Positions 38,404 through 47,583 of a stretch of 64,000 nt of DNA are shown here, piece by piece (position 1 is the first letter of the stretch; each line of letters begins with the position of its first letter). The stretch spans positions 1 through 64,000 of the IMG/VR virus record IMGVR_UViG_3300042518_001688; one strand, 5' to 3'. Origin of the DNA: a virus. Both the position numbers and the translations under genes were made by a program. The notes below the pieces were generated by a model. It worked only from the letters and a program-made list of their open reading frames with translations, had not been told where the DNA came from and searched no databases.

Positions 38404-39138
38404 ATGCAGTTAATTAAAGATTCCCGTTTTTTGGTTGCAATTGATAAAGATGCTAGTTCACCTAATCCACAGGTTGCTATCTGGAAGGGACAGCATCGTT
38501 GTGTTGCTGAAAAGTTTTTACCTGATGATCCAACGCCTTCCCCGGAAAAGTGTGCAGAAACAATTATTAAACATCAGTTAGCCGGAGATAGAGGTCATTA
38601 CTCTGTTCTTAGAAACGCATTTGTTAAGTTTCATTGCTTGGGTTTTCCCCATAGTGCCGTTTCTCAAATCACAAGGCATCAGGATTCGGCTTTTCTGGTT
38701 CAATCAATGCGATATACAGGGAGACGGATTGTTGATTGTGCAGAATATGAATTACCTTTTGAAGATGTTTTTTATTTCCGACCAGTCGGCAGTTATTGCG
38801 ATCGCCAGGGTAATAAGTACGATTACACTGCTGCTGATTTACTGGATGATAGAGCAGCTTCTTATAGATCAGCAGTTTTGTATAGTGAAAAGATTAGGGA
38901 TGGACACTCTGAAGAACACGCTAGGGATTTTTTAACATATAACTTCCGTCAAGACTTCGATTTGAGTGGAGACTTACAAGCTATCTGGCATTTATTGGAT
39001 CAGCGAACCAAAGCTGATTCTCAAGCGGAGGTCAGGACACTAGCTTGGATGATGCTGGATTGCCTCAAAGAGTTTACCCCTGAACTCACCCAGTGGTATT
39101 TAGAGAATAGAGCAGGGAAAGCTAGGTTAGCTCCATGA
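38404..39138 (+). CDS. thyX: FAD-dependent thymidylate synthase
   Basis: GHYSVL, QITRH...VQSMRY, EEHARD, QAEVR. Confidence 0.9.
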   Translation: MQLIKDSRFLVAIDKDASSPNPQVAIWKGQHRCVAEKFLPDDPTPSPEKCAETIIKHQLAGDRGHYSVLRNAFVKFHCLGFPHSAVSQITRHQDSAFLVQSMRYTGRRIVDCAEYELPFEDVFYFRPVGSYCDRQGNKYDYTAADLLDDRAASYRSAVLYSEKIRDGHSEEHARDFLTYNFRQDFDLSGDLQAIWHLLDQRTKADSQAEVRTLAWMMLDCLKEFTPELTQWYLENRAGKARLAP

Positions 39139-39147
39139 TATTGGGAT

Positions 39148-39543
39148 ATGCCAAGACAGAAAGGTAATAAGGATTGGAGTGAAAAAGAGCAGGAAATATT
39201 AGATGAAAACCTTGGTTTTGTACCTCCGAGTCAAATAGTTGAAATCTTGGCTAGGCATGGTTTTAACCGCACAGAACAGGCTATTAAAAACCGATGCACT
39301 TTCTCTAATATTTCCTTTGCTTGCCATTATGATAATTTCTCCTTACGGAAGATTGCCGAATTGTTAAAAGTAAGTGCCTCTACCACAGGAAATTGGTACA
39401 GGTCTGGTCAACTTCCAGGTGAGAAGAATAATAAATATCAAGTGATGGTGCGATACGATGATATTAGGAAATTCCTGAAGAGTCGTAAGTTTAAAACTAA
39501 ATTCGACCCTGACGGATTGAACTTTTTTTTGGGAGACAAATAA
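39148..39543 (+). CDS. Myb/HTH-like DNA-binding protein
   Basis: WSEKEQEIL...RTEQAIKNR; IAELLKVSASTTGNW. Confidence 0.65.
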   Translation: MPRQKGNKDWSEKEQEILDENLGFVPPSQIVEILARHGFNRTEQAIKNRCTFSNISFACHYDNFSLRKIAELLKVSASTTGNWYRSGQLPGEKNNKYQVMVRYDDIRKFLKSRKFKTKFDPDGLNFFLGDK

Positions 39544-40142
39544 TGGATATTGCTGTCAAGAAGATGCCCAGGGTGGCATTGTCTAAAAGGGATGAATTGC
39601 CTGAATCATCAGGGCTTTATTTTTTGGTTGATAATGCTGGTCGAGTTTATTATCTCGCTGCTTGCGATCGCATTAAATCAGATGTATTAGACAATCCGTT
39701 GCTAAAAGATTTTCTAGCGAGTAAAGCAGAATTTATTCATTACTTTCTGTGGCAAGACATAGAAGATTTATCTGACTGGGAAAATGAGTATTTGGTGAAA
39801 TTAGATCCACCTCTAAACAGGGGTAGTGATGAATTACCTGTAACTAATCTCGGCTATTCAGAATCCCAGTTTATTGAACGGTATAAAGAAATTAATTTAA
39901 CGATCGCTGAATTAGAAAAAGAGCGAGATGAACTTAGACCCAATATTGTCTCCTTAATAGAAAATAACGGTGACACCATCAAGTCCAATGGCATCACCGC
40001 ATATCTAAATAGACGCACTACTTTTGAGTATTCTACAAGGGTGTCAATTCTCAACCAACAGATCAAAGAACTGAAAAAGGAAGAGGAGAAAACAGGTGTG
40101 GCCATTCCTAAGTCGGTCGTTGTTTTCCCTGTAGTTCGATGA
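39543..40142 (+). CDS. Degenerate GIY-YIG-like plus coiled-coil protein
   Basis: LPESSGLYFL...VYY...E..YL..LDPPLN. Confidence 0.55.
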   Translation: MDIAVKKMPRVALSKRDELPESSGLYFLVDNAGRVYYLAACDRIKSDVLDNPLLKDFLASKAEFIHYFLWQDIEDLSDWENEYLVKLDPPLNRGSDELPVTNLGYSESQFIERYKEINLTIAELEKERDELRPNIVSLIENNGDTIKSNGITAYLNRRTTFEYSTRVSILNQQIKELKKEEEKTGVAIPKSVVVFPVVR

Positions 40143-40413
40143 TTTTTCTTCCAGAGGAACAGCTACGACATATTTCGAGACTTCCCGGCGAAGGACACAA
40201 GCAACTTAGTTTGTAGAGGTTCCGAGGTTTAGTTGTTGCGTCCTCTTCTTGATTAACTGATACTATGCCTAGTTGATTGAGTTCTCTTAGATAGCATTGC
40301 AGGGTTTTTCTTTCGATATTGACTTCTTCTGCGATGTCTTGAGATACAGACACCCCTCTTGTAAACAAAACATCTATTACTATCAATAGATTGGTATATT
40401 TACATCTTGGCAT
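40108..40413 (-). CDS. Winged-helix protein
   Basis: SQDIAEEVNIERKTLQCYLRELNQLGIV. Confidence 0.65.
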   Translation of the reverse strand: MPRCKYTNLLIVIDVLFTRGVSVSQDIAEEVNIERKTLQCYLRELNQLGIVSVNQEEDATTKPRNLYKLSCLCPSPGSLEICRSCSSGRKIIELQGKQRPT

Positions 40414-40417
40414 GGGA

Positions 40418-41569
40418 TTAACTTCTTAATTGTACGGGCATGGCTAAATAAGTCATTTTCAATCCACCCACAGGTGTAAAAATAACTGGGGTTAAACTCT
40501 GATTTAAGTGCATTTGAATTTCTGAAGATGGTAATTCTTTTAACCCTTCCATGAGATATTTGACATTTAAAGCAATGTCTATATTTCCTCCAGATATTTG
40601 GGCTGGCATTGATTCTGTGCCACTACCAACATCTTGAGCTTCACAAGATAGGGTTATTTCTTGATTTCCGTTATCAATGCTGAGTTTGACAATATTATTT
40701 TTCTGGTCTGCTAACACTGCAATTCGTTCTAAGGTGCTGATAAATCGCTTTTTTTCTAATGTAACTTGGCGTTCAAATTGGCGAGGAATTAATTGCCGAT
40801 AGGCGGGATATTGTTCTTCTAAGGTGCGGCTGGTTAACCGTTGATTTTGCCAAGCAAATGCTACTTGTCCTTGATCTAAATATACGGCTACCGTTTCTTC
40901 TGAATTGGCGTGTTGGACTAACATCCGTTGTAGTTCTCGTAATGCTTTGGCTGGTACTGTGACTTCTAACTGTTCGCTACCCTTTACAGGACGTTCATTT
41001 GTGGTTTCTAACACTGCTAAACGGTGTCCGTCGGTGGCCGCAAATTCTAAGGTGTCTTGTTTGAGGGTTAAATGTACACCGGTGAGGACTTGCTTGGTTT
41101 CATCGGAACTGGTGGCAAATAAAGAACCTTTTAAACCCTCAATTAGTGCCGCAGTTGTGAGGTGAATTGCTTCGGCATTTTCCATAATTGGTAATTCGGG
41201 AAATTCTTCTGCACCCATAGCCCGAACTTGATACTTGCCGCTTCTAGGTTTGAGGGTAACAATTATACCTTCTCCTCCTGCATCGCCAGAGGCATCATCA
41301 AGGGTAATTTCCCCTTCTGGTAAGCGTGAGGTGATGTCTACCAGGAGTTTGGCAGGGAGGGCAATTTCTCCACCTTCTAATACTTCGGCTGTAAAACTGG
41401 TACAGATACCTAAACTGAGGTCAAAGGCGGACAAACTAACTTGGCTAGTATTAGCGTCTGCCTTTAATAAGATGTTAGCCAGGACTGGGTGAGTTGGTCT
41501 AGATGGGACTGCACGACTGACTAGGGAAAGGTTACTGCTGAGATCCGATTGAGAACAGGTTATTTTCAT
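40418..41569 (-). CDS. dnaN: DNA polymerase III beta clamp
   Basis: RAVPSRPTHPVLAN, AATDGHRL, YPAYRQLIP, YLAMPVQ; cyanobacterial type. Confidence 0.97.
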   Translation of the reverse strand: MKITCSQSDLSSNLSLVSRAVPSRPTHPVLANILLKADANTSQVSLSAFDLSLGICTSFTAEVLEGGEIALPAKLLVDITSRLPEGEITLDDASGDAGGEGIIVTLKPRSGKYQVRAMGAEEFPELPIMENAEAIHLTTAALIEGLKGSLFATSSDETKQVLTGVHLTLKQDTLEFAATDGHRLAVLETTNERPVKGSEQLEVTVPAKALRELQRMLVQHANSEETVAVYLDQGQVAFAWQNQRLTSRTLEEQYPAYRQLIPRQFERQVTLEKKRFISTLERIAVLADQKNNIVKLSIDNGNQEITLSCEAQDVGSGTESMPAQISGGNIDIALNVKYLMEGLKELPSSEIQMHLNQSLTPVIFTPVGGLKMTYLAMPVQLRS

Positions 41570-41611
41570 GGTTGTTTTTGGATAGAGTAGTTGATGTTCG
41601 AGTCGAATATT

Positions 41612-41995
41612 TTAGAATGGGATGTCGTCTGGTTCTGATGTATCTTGATTAGTTGGATTAGTTGGATTTACTGGTGCAGGTGCAGCCATTGGGCTTGATG
41701 CTCCACTATTAACCTTTTCAAATTTCTGAACCACTAATTCCACTCTTTTTTCTTTGAATCCTTCTGGGCGGTCAACTGTATTAATTTGAAGACTTCCTTC
41801 AAATATAACTACATCACCCTGCCGTAATTCCTGATGAAAAGAGGTTGCTGTTTTCCCCCAGGCGATCGCTCTCAGGGTATAAGTAGTTTCTTTCCCTTCA
41901 AATGAAACTACTGTTTCTGAGACTTCTTTGCTGTCAATTGTGTGTCTAAGCTCTGGGGAATATTCGAGTGTTGCTAATAGGACTGTGTTATTCAT
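41612..41995 (-). CDS. ssb: Single-stranded DNA-binding protein
   Basis: Cyanobacterial SSB pattern RPEGFKEKRVEL; C-terminal DDIPF. Confidence 0.9.
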   Translation of the reverse strand: MNNTVLLATLEYSPELRHTIDSKEVSETVVSFEGKETTYTLRAIAWGKTATSFHQELRQGDVVIFEGSLQINTVDRPEGFKEKRVELVVQKFEKVNSGASSPMAAPAPVNPTNPTNQDTSEPDDIPF

Positions 41996-42242
41996 GGGTT
42001 AATTCTTTGATGAGGTTAAGTCTATCTTCTGCTGGAAGTTCTTCAAGCTTTTTTAGTGTTCCAACTAATTCACCCGTGCGAACAGCCCCTTTAGCTTCTT
42101 GGCAGAGTTGGTATCCCAATCTTTTGATTAGGAAGCGTTTTTCTCTGGTATTTAGATTTTCAAAATAAACACCATATTCTTGCTTGAACTTTTCAATGCT
42201 ATAAGCTTTCTCTGTTGTGTCGGGGTAATCTAGTTGAGCCAT
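41988..42242 (-). CDS. Hypothetical protein
   Basis: GAGGAG RBS. Confidence 0.65.
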   Translation of the reverse strand: MAQLDYPDTTEKAYSIEKFKQEYGVYFENLNTREKRFLIKRLGYQLCQEAKGAVRTGELVGTLKKLEELPAEDRLNLIKELTHE

Positions 42243-42510
42243 ATTGCTCCTCGGTGTTTTTTAGAAGTAACCATTCTAATTTCCATATTCTAACTCTTTT
42301 TATGACCTGAATTTTATGGAAAATAGAAAGTCTTTTGTTGAAATGTTCATCTGATTTTCTCCATTCTCCTCTTTGGTGAAAATCATTCGCCATGTCACCT
42401 TCTAAGTTGTAAAAAACCTTTTCTGTTTCCAGTTCTTGCCCCAACACAGAAATTGGCATTAGGAGATATTTGCAGAGGAACTTTACCTCTTCTATCCAAT
42501 AGTTAATCAT
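42199..42510 (-). CDS. Hypothetical protein
   Basis: Coupled ORF in operon. Confidence 0.55.
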   Translation of the reverse strand: MINYWIEEVKFLCKYLLMPISVLGQELETEKVFYNLEGDMANDFHQRGEWRKSDEHFNKRLSIFHKIQVIKRVRIWKLEWLLLKNTEEQYGSTRLPRHNRESL

Positions 42511-43162
42511 TATCTTCGCTGGATAAAATAAGGGGTTTTACTTCTGTTTCTGCTAAACGTAATCTATTGCTTGGTTTACTGGCGTTTGGTAGAACTCTGG
42601 TAATGTAGTCTGAACGCAAGAAGTCCTGTAAACTTTCTACTGAAACCATGTGGTTCTTTGCTTGCAACCCTCTCTCGCTTACCCACTTTAAAACAGTGCT
42701 GTGGTGTACACCCAATAGTGATGCGGTGTAGTCGTAGTTGAATGATTTGAGGACTAGATCCTCTCCAATTAACTTTTTAATTTCCTTGGGATCTGCCTTC
42801 ACGATCGCGTTGAAAACCGTGTTAGGGGGATTTTCCAGGAATGCCCTTAAATCCTCTTTATTTATTATGTAAGTCCAACTCTCTTGATAAGCAGGTAACA
42901 ACCCCTTCCGCACCCAGTTGCTTACCGTTAGGTAGTTTATTTTCAGAACTTCAGCTATCTGTCTGATAGCAATACCCACTTCTTTTTTCTCTTTAGGTAC
43001 TCTAATCTTTTTCCGCCTAGTGGGTTTAGGTAGTCTTACCTCTTGTTGGGTAGTTTTGGGTGTTTCTACCCTGGGTAAGGGTGTGTGAATGTCAATCCCT
43101 GCCAACTTTGCTAGTCGCAATTCTTTCTTTAGCTCAATATCATCTCTTGTAGCCATAGTCAT
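42503..43162 (-). CDS. Double HTH (excisionase/MerR-like) DNA-binding protein
   Basis: IAEVLKINYLTVSNWVRKGLL and ASLLGVHHSTVLKWV. Confidence 0.75.
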   Translation of the reverse strand: MTMATRDDIELKKELRLAKLAGIDIHTPLPRVETPKTTQQEVRLPKPTRRKKIRVPKEKKEVGIAIRQIAEVLKINYLTVSNWVRKGLLPAYQESWTYIINKEDLRAFLENPPNTVFNAIVKADPKEIKKLIGEDLVLKSFNYDYTASLLGVHHSTVLKWVSERGLQAKNHMVSVESLQDFLRSDYITRVLPNASKPSNRLRLAETEVKPLILSSEDND

Positions 43163-43185
43163 AGCCTGCCAGCCCTTTTATTTGA

Positions 43186-43332
43186 TTAAGCGGTCTTGAG
43201 TGACCGGATTAGCGATCGCACAACCTCACTGGTAGTAAGGTCTTTCTGTCTGCAATAATTTTCCAGAATTTCCTTGTCTTCTGGTTTAACGAGTGCGTTC
43301 ACGCGCTCCGTCAATCCCCTCGATTTACTCAT
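43186..43332 (-). CDS. CopG/RHH protein (48 aa, not in track)
   Basis: MSKSRGLTERVNALVKPEDKEILENYCRQKDLTTSEVVRSLIRSLKTA; AAGGA RBS. Confidence 0.8.
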   Translation of the reverse strand: MSKSRGLTERVNALVKPEDKEILENYCRQKDLTTSEVVRSLIRSLKTA

Positions 43333-43343
43333 ATCTGATTTCC

Positions 43344-43400
43344 TTTTTCTTGCTAAAGAACATAATATAATATATTATATTATTAATTTAGCAAGAAAAA
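43344..43400. promoter_or_regulatory. 57-bp near-perfect palindrome (14+4+22+3+14) with symmetric promoter-like elements
   Basis: TTTTTCTTGCTAAA-gaac-ATAATATAATATATTATATTAT-taa-TTTAGCAAGAAAAA. Confidence 0.8.
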
Positions 43401-43660
43401 CAATACCAAAAAGTAATACTTTTGGGGGATGACATGAAATACCGAATATCTATGTATGCCGTCTGTAAAAAATACCAATGCAGAGCTGACACAAAATTGT
43501 ATCCCGTGTATAATAGTAAAAGTGCAATAGAGAATAACCCTACGACAATCGGGTTGGCAGGCTTTTGTGTCGCAGGGTTATCCAGAGAATGTTAGGGCGG
43601 TAAACCAAAAAGGTTTCCCGTCCCATTTTCGTTTCTATTTAATTCTCCAAGGTCATTATA

Positions 43661-45037
43661 ATGCAAATAATCACTACAAGCAATACCCTAGAGATAGGTG
43701 TCAAAGCATCTGAATTTAAGTTAGAATCTCAGATCGTAAGTTCCAGCAACACGGAAATCGGTAATTTCTCAACTGCACCAACCCAAGAACTGCATCAAAA
43801 AGATAAAGAACCTGCATCAACTAGGGAGGAGGATGCTATGAAGCTCCTGTCCCGGTTAGTATCAGGTCAAGAAATCTGGGTCAAGAATCGCAAGGGTGAG
43901 TTTTTGGCATTTGATGGTGCGATCGCGGATGTCGAGTTTTGTGATACTGGCAAAATGGAGCAAGTGTGTGGACTTGATATTTCCTTAGTCCCAGAAAGAC
44001 CAATTAACCCCACAGAGTCCGATATCCTGGAATTTATTCAATCTTTTGCAACCTCTGTTTGCGATTCTCAAATAGCTGAAGCATTGGATTTGGTTGAGAT
44101 TCAGGTGAGGGGATTCGCTAGAAATCTGATTGGATTTGGTTTAATCTCATCTTTTGTAGATCAAGAAGGTGATACTTGGTATTCTGCTAAGTCTGCTGCG
44201 GCTGAAGTCTGCAAGGATATGGAGGAGATTGCTAAAGTTCGAGTCGAACTTAATGGAAATCCAGTCGTTGATGACGTATTTTTGTCAGCAGGTGATTTGG
44301 ATATTGAGATTGAACTCCAGTCAGTTGACCTACCGTTTACCGATTATGACGATAGCGAAGTACCTTTAACTAAAGACCAAGCAAGATCAATAGTTGATGA
44401 AATAAACCACGATATTGTCGAGCTAAAAGGAATTGTTGGGCGCACAAGAGATGGAGTTAGAATCAATATTCAAACCCTAGATAGTGGGAAGGGCTATTTA
44501 GCTCTGGGCTTTGAGAATATGTCAGCCTTGTTTGAATCTGATTTATTCGCCGAGTCCCGTTCTACCTGCCAAAAAGAATGGCAGGTAGGTAGGGTAGAGA
44601 AAGCTTTAGGAAAGGATACAGGTACTTTGGTTCTGGAGCATGGCTTAAAACTATTTCCTGTTTTTAAGAAAAAACCTGAGAAACTGGAAGAAGTTTATCA
44701 AGCAGCCGTTGAGGAGGCAGGTACGGAATCTGATTTAAACGCTCGGTGTATTCGGGATGCGATCGCCCAAGTTGCCCCAGAACTTAAGCCTAAATCCAAG
44801 GCTAAGAGTAAAGTTGTTCAAGATGGTGGTTCGCGTCGCTTTGATGTGGTTCTACCTGGGATGAAGATCCAGATACAGAACGACGATACTATTCATGATT
44901 TACTGGAATTAGACCGACCAGTGGAAGAAGTTATTTGTCAGGGAGCGATTGAGTTGATTATGGAAATGATGGGCTTTACGCTTCGTGAGGATGCGATCGC
45001 TCACCTTGTTGAGAGAGAGAAAAATAAAAACTGCTAA
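43661..45037 (+). CDS. Hypothetical protein with wHTH-like segment
   Basis: 458-aa ORF; start uncertain (GGAGG before MKLLSR). Confidence 0.75.
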   Translation: MQIITTSNTLEIGVKASEFKLESQIVSSSNTEIGNFSTAPTQELHQKDKEPASTREEDAMKLLSRLVSGQEIWVKNRKGEFLAFDGAIADVEFCDTGKMEQVCGLDISLVPERPINPTESDILEFIQSFATSVCDSQIAEALDLVEIQVRGFARNLIGFGLISSFVDQEGDTWYSAKSAAAEVCKDMEEIAKVRVELNGNPVVDDVFLSAGDLDIEIELQSVDLPFTDYDDSEVPLTKDQARSIVDEINHDIVELKGIVGRTRDGVRINIQTLDSGKGYLALGFENMSALFESDLFAESRSTCQKEWQVGRVEKALGKDTGTLVLEHGLKLFPVFKKKPEKLEEVYQAAVEEAGTESDLNARCIRDAIAQVAPELKPKSKAKSKVVQDGGSRRFDVVLPGMKIQIQNDDTIHDLLELDRPVEEVICQGAIELIMEMMGFTLREDAIAHLVEREKNKNC

Positions 45038-45041
45038 TGAG

Positions 45042-45070
45042 AAAGCCCCGACCGTTCGGGGCTTATTTTT
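45042..45070. terminator. Terminator between convergent genes
   Basis: AAGCCCCGA-CCGT-TCGGGGCTT-ATTTTT. Confidence 0.8.
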
Positions 45071-45086
45071 GTAAACAATCTGTTAA

Positions 45087-45488
45087 CTACTGTCTTGCTA
45101 TTAAATAGCTTTCAAAAAAGCGATGAAGTTGCTCTGTCGTATTTATTTCTGTTTCCCACAAGTAAGGGAATAGTTTGCTCTGATCTCCTGGGTCGAAATC
45201 AATACTAAATTCTGGATTGTGGCAGACAATTAATTTGTTCTGACGTGGCATCAAAACAATTTCATATCTTTTCCCTTTTTTGTAGCCAACATATTGATCT
45301 CTCTGAATGAAAACTAACTCTGTGAAATCATCTAAATAGTCTCTTGCGAGAGAATATAGATCGGAAGAATCGCCTATTACCTTGATATCAGTTGACAAGA
45401 TATTAGGAATCCCATCAATAACTTCTACTATTTGATTTATACAGAATTTCATACTTTCCTCTTTTTCTTTTCTTGGTATCGTTTGCAC
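45087..45488 (-). CDS. Hypothetical protein
   Basis: ORF in - operon; probable start MKFCIN. Confidence 0.65.
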   Translation of the reverse strand: MQTIPRKEKEESMKFCINQIVEVIDGIPNILSTDIKVIGDSSDLYSLARDYLDDFTELVFIQRDQYVGYKKGKRYEIVLMPRQNKLIVCHNPEFSIDFDPGDQSKLFPYLWETEINTTEQLHRFFESYLIARQ

Positions 45489-45763
45489 CTGATTGATTCT
45501 ACACTTCGTCCCGTTTCCTGTGCTGCGAAAAATGCCTCTCCTTTTTTGCCAATTCCAGCGATCGCTAACTCCACTTCCTTTTGTGAGTAATGGTTAAATG
45601 TTTTCTTGGGTTTCAACCCCAACTTCCCCATCAACCATTTCATCTGTTGATACCTGCACCCTACTTTGCGACTTAATTCCGCTATTGGGATTATTTGATG
45701 ATGTGCCTTGATGTAGGTTATTTCATCTTCAGTCCAGCGACGTACATTTTCCCTGGTTCTCAT
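45449..45763 (-). CDS. Myb/HTH-like protein
   Basis: RRWTEDEITYIK...GRSVESIR. Confidence 0.65.
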   Translation of the reverse strand: MRTRENVRRWTEDEITYIKAHHQIIPIAELSRKVGCRYQQMKWLMGKLGLKPKKTFNHYSQKEVELAIAGIGKKGEAFFAAQETGRSVESIRCKRYQEKKKRKV

Positions 45764-46152
45764 GTCGCCACCTGGATTTTTAGTTGTATGTAATTTACCT
45801 CATATCCATGCTCTCTTTCTAGCACTTTGAGAGCATCTTTGATGTGGTAGGACATCTGCCCAAACCATTTAGGACAAGGCGATTCTCCCATTAAGTCACA
45901 ATATGAGTCATGAGCTTCCATCGCATCCAAAATACTGGTCTTAATATCAAACGCCAATCGGTTCAGTTTCTCCTTGACTCGATTTTTTGTAGTTGTACTA
46001 GAATCGTTCCACCAGATACTATTCTCAATTTCTATGTATGATTTCGATAGCGCGATCGCAGCAGTCAGATGTAATTTGATATCTGCCAATAATTCGTGTT
46101 CCACTTTGAGGTGATTATTGGCAACAACTAAAGCGGCATTTGTTATTACCAT
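45760..46152 (-). CDS. Hypothetical protein
   Basis: Coupled ORF. Confidence 0.65.
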   Translation of the reverse strand: MVITNAALVVANNHLKVEHELLADIKLHLTAAIALSKSYIEIENSIWWNDSSTTTKNRVKEKLNRLAFDIKTSILDAMEAHDSYCDLMGESPCPKWFGQMSYHIKDALKVLEREHGYEVNYIQLKIQVAT

Positions 46153-46415
46153 TACGCCACCTTTTCCCTGATGCTTGTTAATATCAAATCTTTAACGAAC
46201 TTTTGGTGAGCGCACATTCTATATTTGTCCCCCCAATGTGACCACTCGCATTCGCATCTTTCTCTGGGATCTGGAGCGTAAGGTCTTACCGTGTATCGGT
46301 TCTCTCTAGTAACCTTTTCCTCTCCTTGGAAATGTTGACTGAGGACTACAAACTCAGGGTATCCTTGCTCATTTGTGAGCCACCCATCTAACTGTATTTT
46401 TCTTTCTTTTTTCAT
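46152..46415 (-). CDS. SWIM-like Zn-finger protein
   Basis: CECE...MCAH. Confidence 0.6.
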   Translation of the reverse strand: MKKERKIQLDGWLTNEQGYPEFVVLSQHFQGEEKVTRENRYTVRPYAPDPRERCECEWSHWGDKYRMCAHQKFVKDLILTSIREKVA

Positions 46416-46512
46416 ATTAAGCACCTGCCAGCACTGAGAACAGTATATATTAATTTACGATAAAATGTAAATACTTTTTTGCAATTAACGGTAAAAGTGG
46501 TATTCTGGAAGC

Positions 46513-47169
46513 ATGAAAATATCACTACTCTCCCAAAAAGGGGGTGTCGGTAAAACCACGCTGTCAATCCACCTGTGTCACGCTCTGTCGCTCAAAGGGT
46601 TTAACCCAATTTTGATAGACAGCGATCCTCAAGGATCTTCCTTGGACTGGTCATTAAGGAGGCAAGGGGAAAGATTGTTTCCAGTGGTTGCACTTGACCG
46701 CCCCATTATCCATAAAGAGTTACCCAGTTTAATGAGGAGTTACAATTTTGCCGTAATTGATGGTGCGCCCAGGTTATCTAGCTTGACTCGCTCGGCAATC
46801 ATGGCATCTGACCTGATTGTTATTCCTGTACAGCCCAGTCCCTTGGACGTTTGGGCGATACATGAAGTTATTGAGCTTATCAAGGAAATACCAGAGGATA
46901 TCCTGAATGAAAACCTAAAAACTGTGTTTTTGGTTTCTCGGAAAATCGTGAATACTGCGATCGCTAGAGATTTCCTGGAGGTGTTAGCTACCTACGATAT
47001 TCCTATCCTCAACTCACAAATTGCTCAACGGGTTGTGTTTGCCGAAAGCCTTGCTTCAGGTAGCACGGTTTTAGAAGTAGCACCATTCACTCAAGCAGCT
47101 AATGAAATTAGACAACTTTGTAAGGAGATATTGACGTATGGCGACGAAGAAAGTGCCAATCACGATTAG
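46513..47169 (+). CDS. parA: ParA/ParF partition ATPase
   Basis: QKGGVGKTT, DSDPQGS, IDGAP, PVQPSPLD. Confidence 0.95.
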   Translation: MKISLLSQKGGVGKTTLSIHLCHALSLKGFNPILIDSDPQGSSLDWSLRRQGERLFPVVALDRPIIHKELPSLMRSYNFAVIDGAPRLSSLTRSAIMASDLIVIPVQPSPLDVWAIHEVIELIKEIPEDILNENLKTVFLVSRKIVNTAIARDFLEVLATYDIPILNSQIAQRVVFAESLASGSTVLEVAPFTQAANEIRQLCKEILTYGDEESANHD

Positions 47170-47524
47170 TCCATCGGTGGCGATGAGAAGTCAACTTAGT
47201 CAAGCTGATGAATGGGTTAACGAAAAAGATAGTGGGATGAAGAATTTTACTTTCTTTATCCCTGCTGCAATGAAAAAGAGGTTAGATATCTTGGCGGTCA
47301 ATAAAGAAGTGCCTATGAAATCGTTGATAGTTGATGCGGTGGCAGGTGATTTATCTTTGTTGGGTGAAATTTCCTCTTATCCACTACCACCAAAAACCAA
47401 GAAGATATCTATTAACAATATTCCTGCTGATCTTCACTCTAAGCTCAAAACCTTTGCCATTGAAAGGGGTGTGAGTATGCAGGATATTCTTATTCATTTG
47501 ATTCAGGATATTTTGAAAAAATAG
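47138..47524 (+). CDS. Tandem-RHH partition adaptor (ParG-like)
   Basis: Overlaps parA; two RHH-like units (NFTFFIPAAMKKRL, ISINNIPADLHSKLK). Confidence 0.7.
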   Translation: MATKKVPITISPSVAMRSQLSQADEWVNEKDSGMKNFTFFIPAAMKKRLDILAVNKEVPMKSLIVDAVAGDLSLLGEISSYPLPPKTKKISINNIPADLHSKLKTFAIERGVSMQDILIHLIQDILKK

Positions 47525-47553
47525 TTGCAGGTTGCGGTATTTACCGCTATACT
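47525..47553 (+). promoter_or_regulatory. Sigma70 promoter with palindromic operator in spacer
   Basis: TTGCAG-17-TATACT; spacer holds GCGGTA-TT-TACCGC. Confidence 0.7.
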
Positions 47554-47583
47554 GTAAATAGTAAACAAAAGGGCTGGCAGGTC

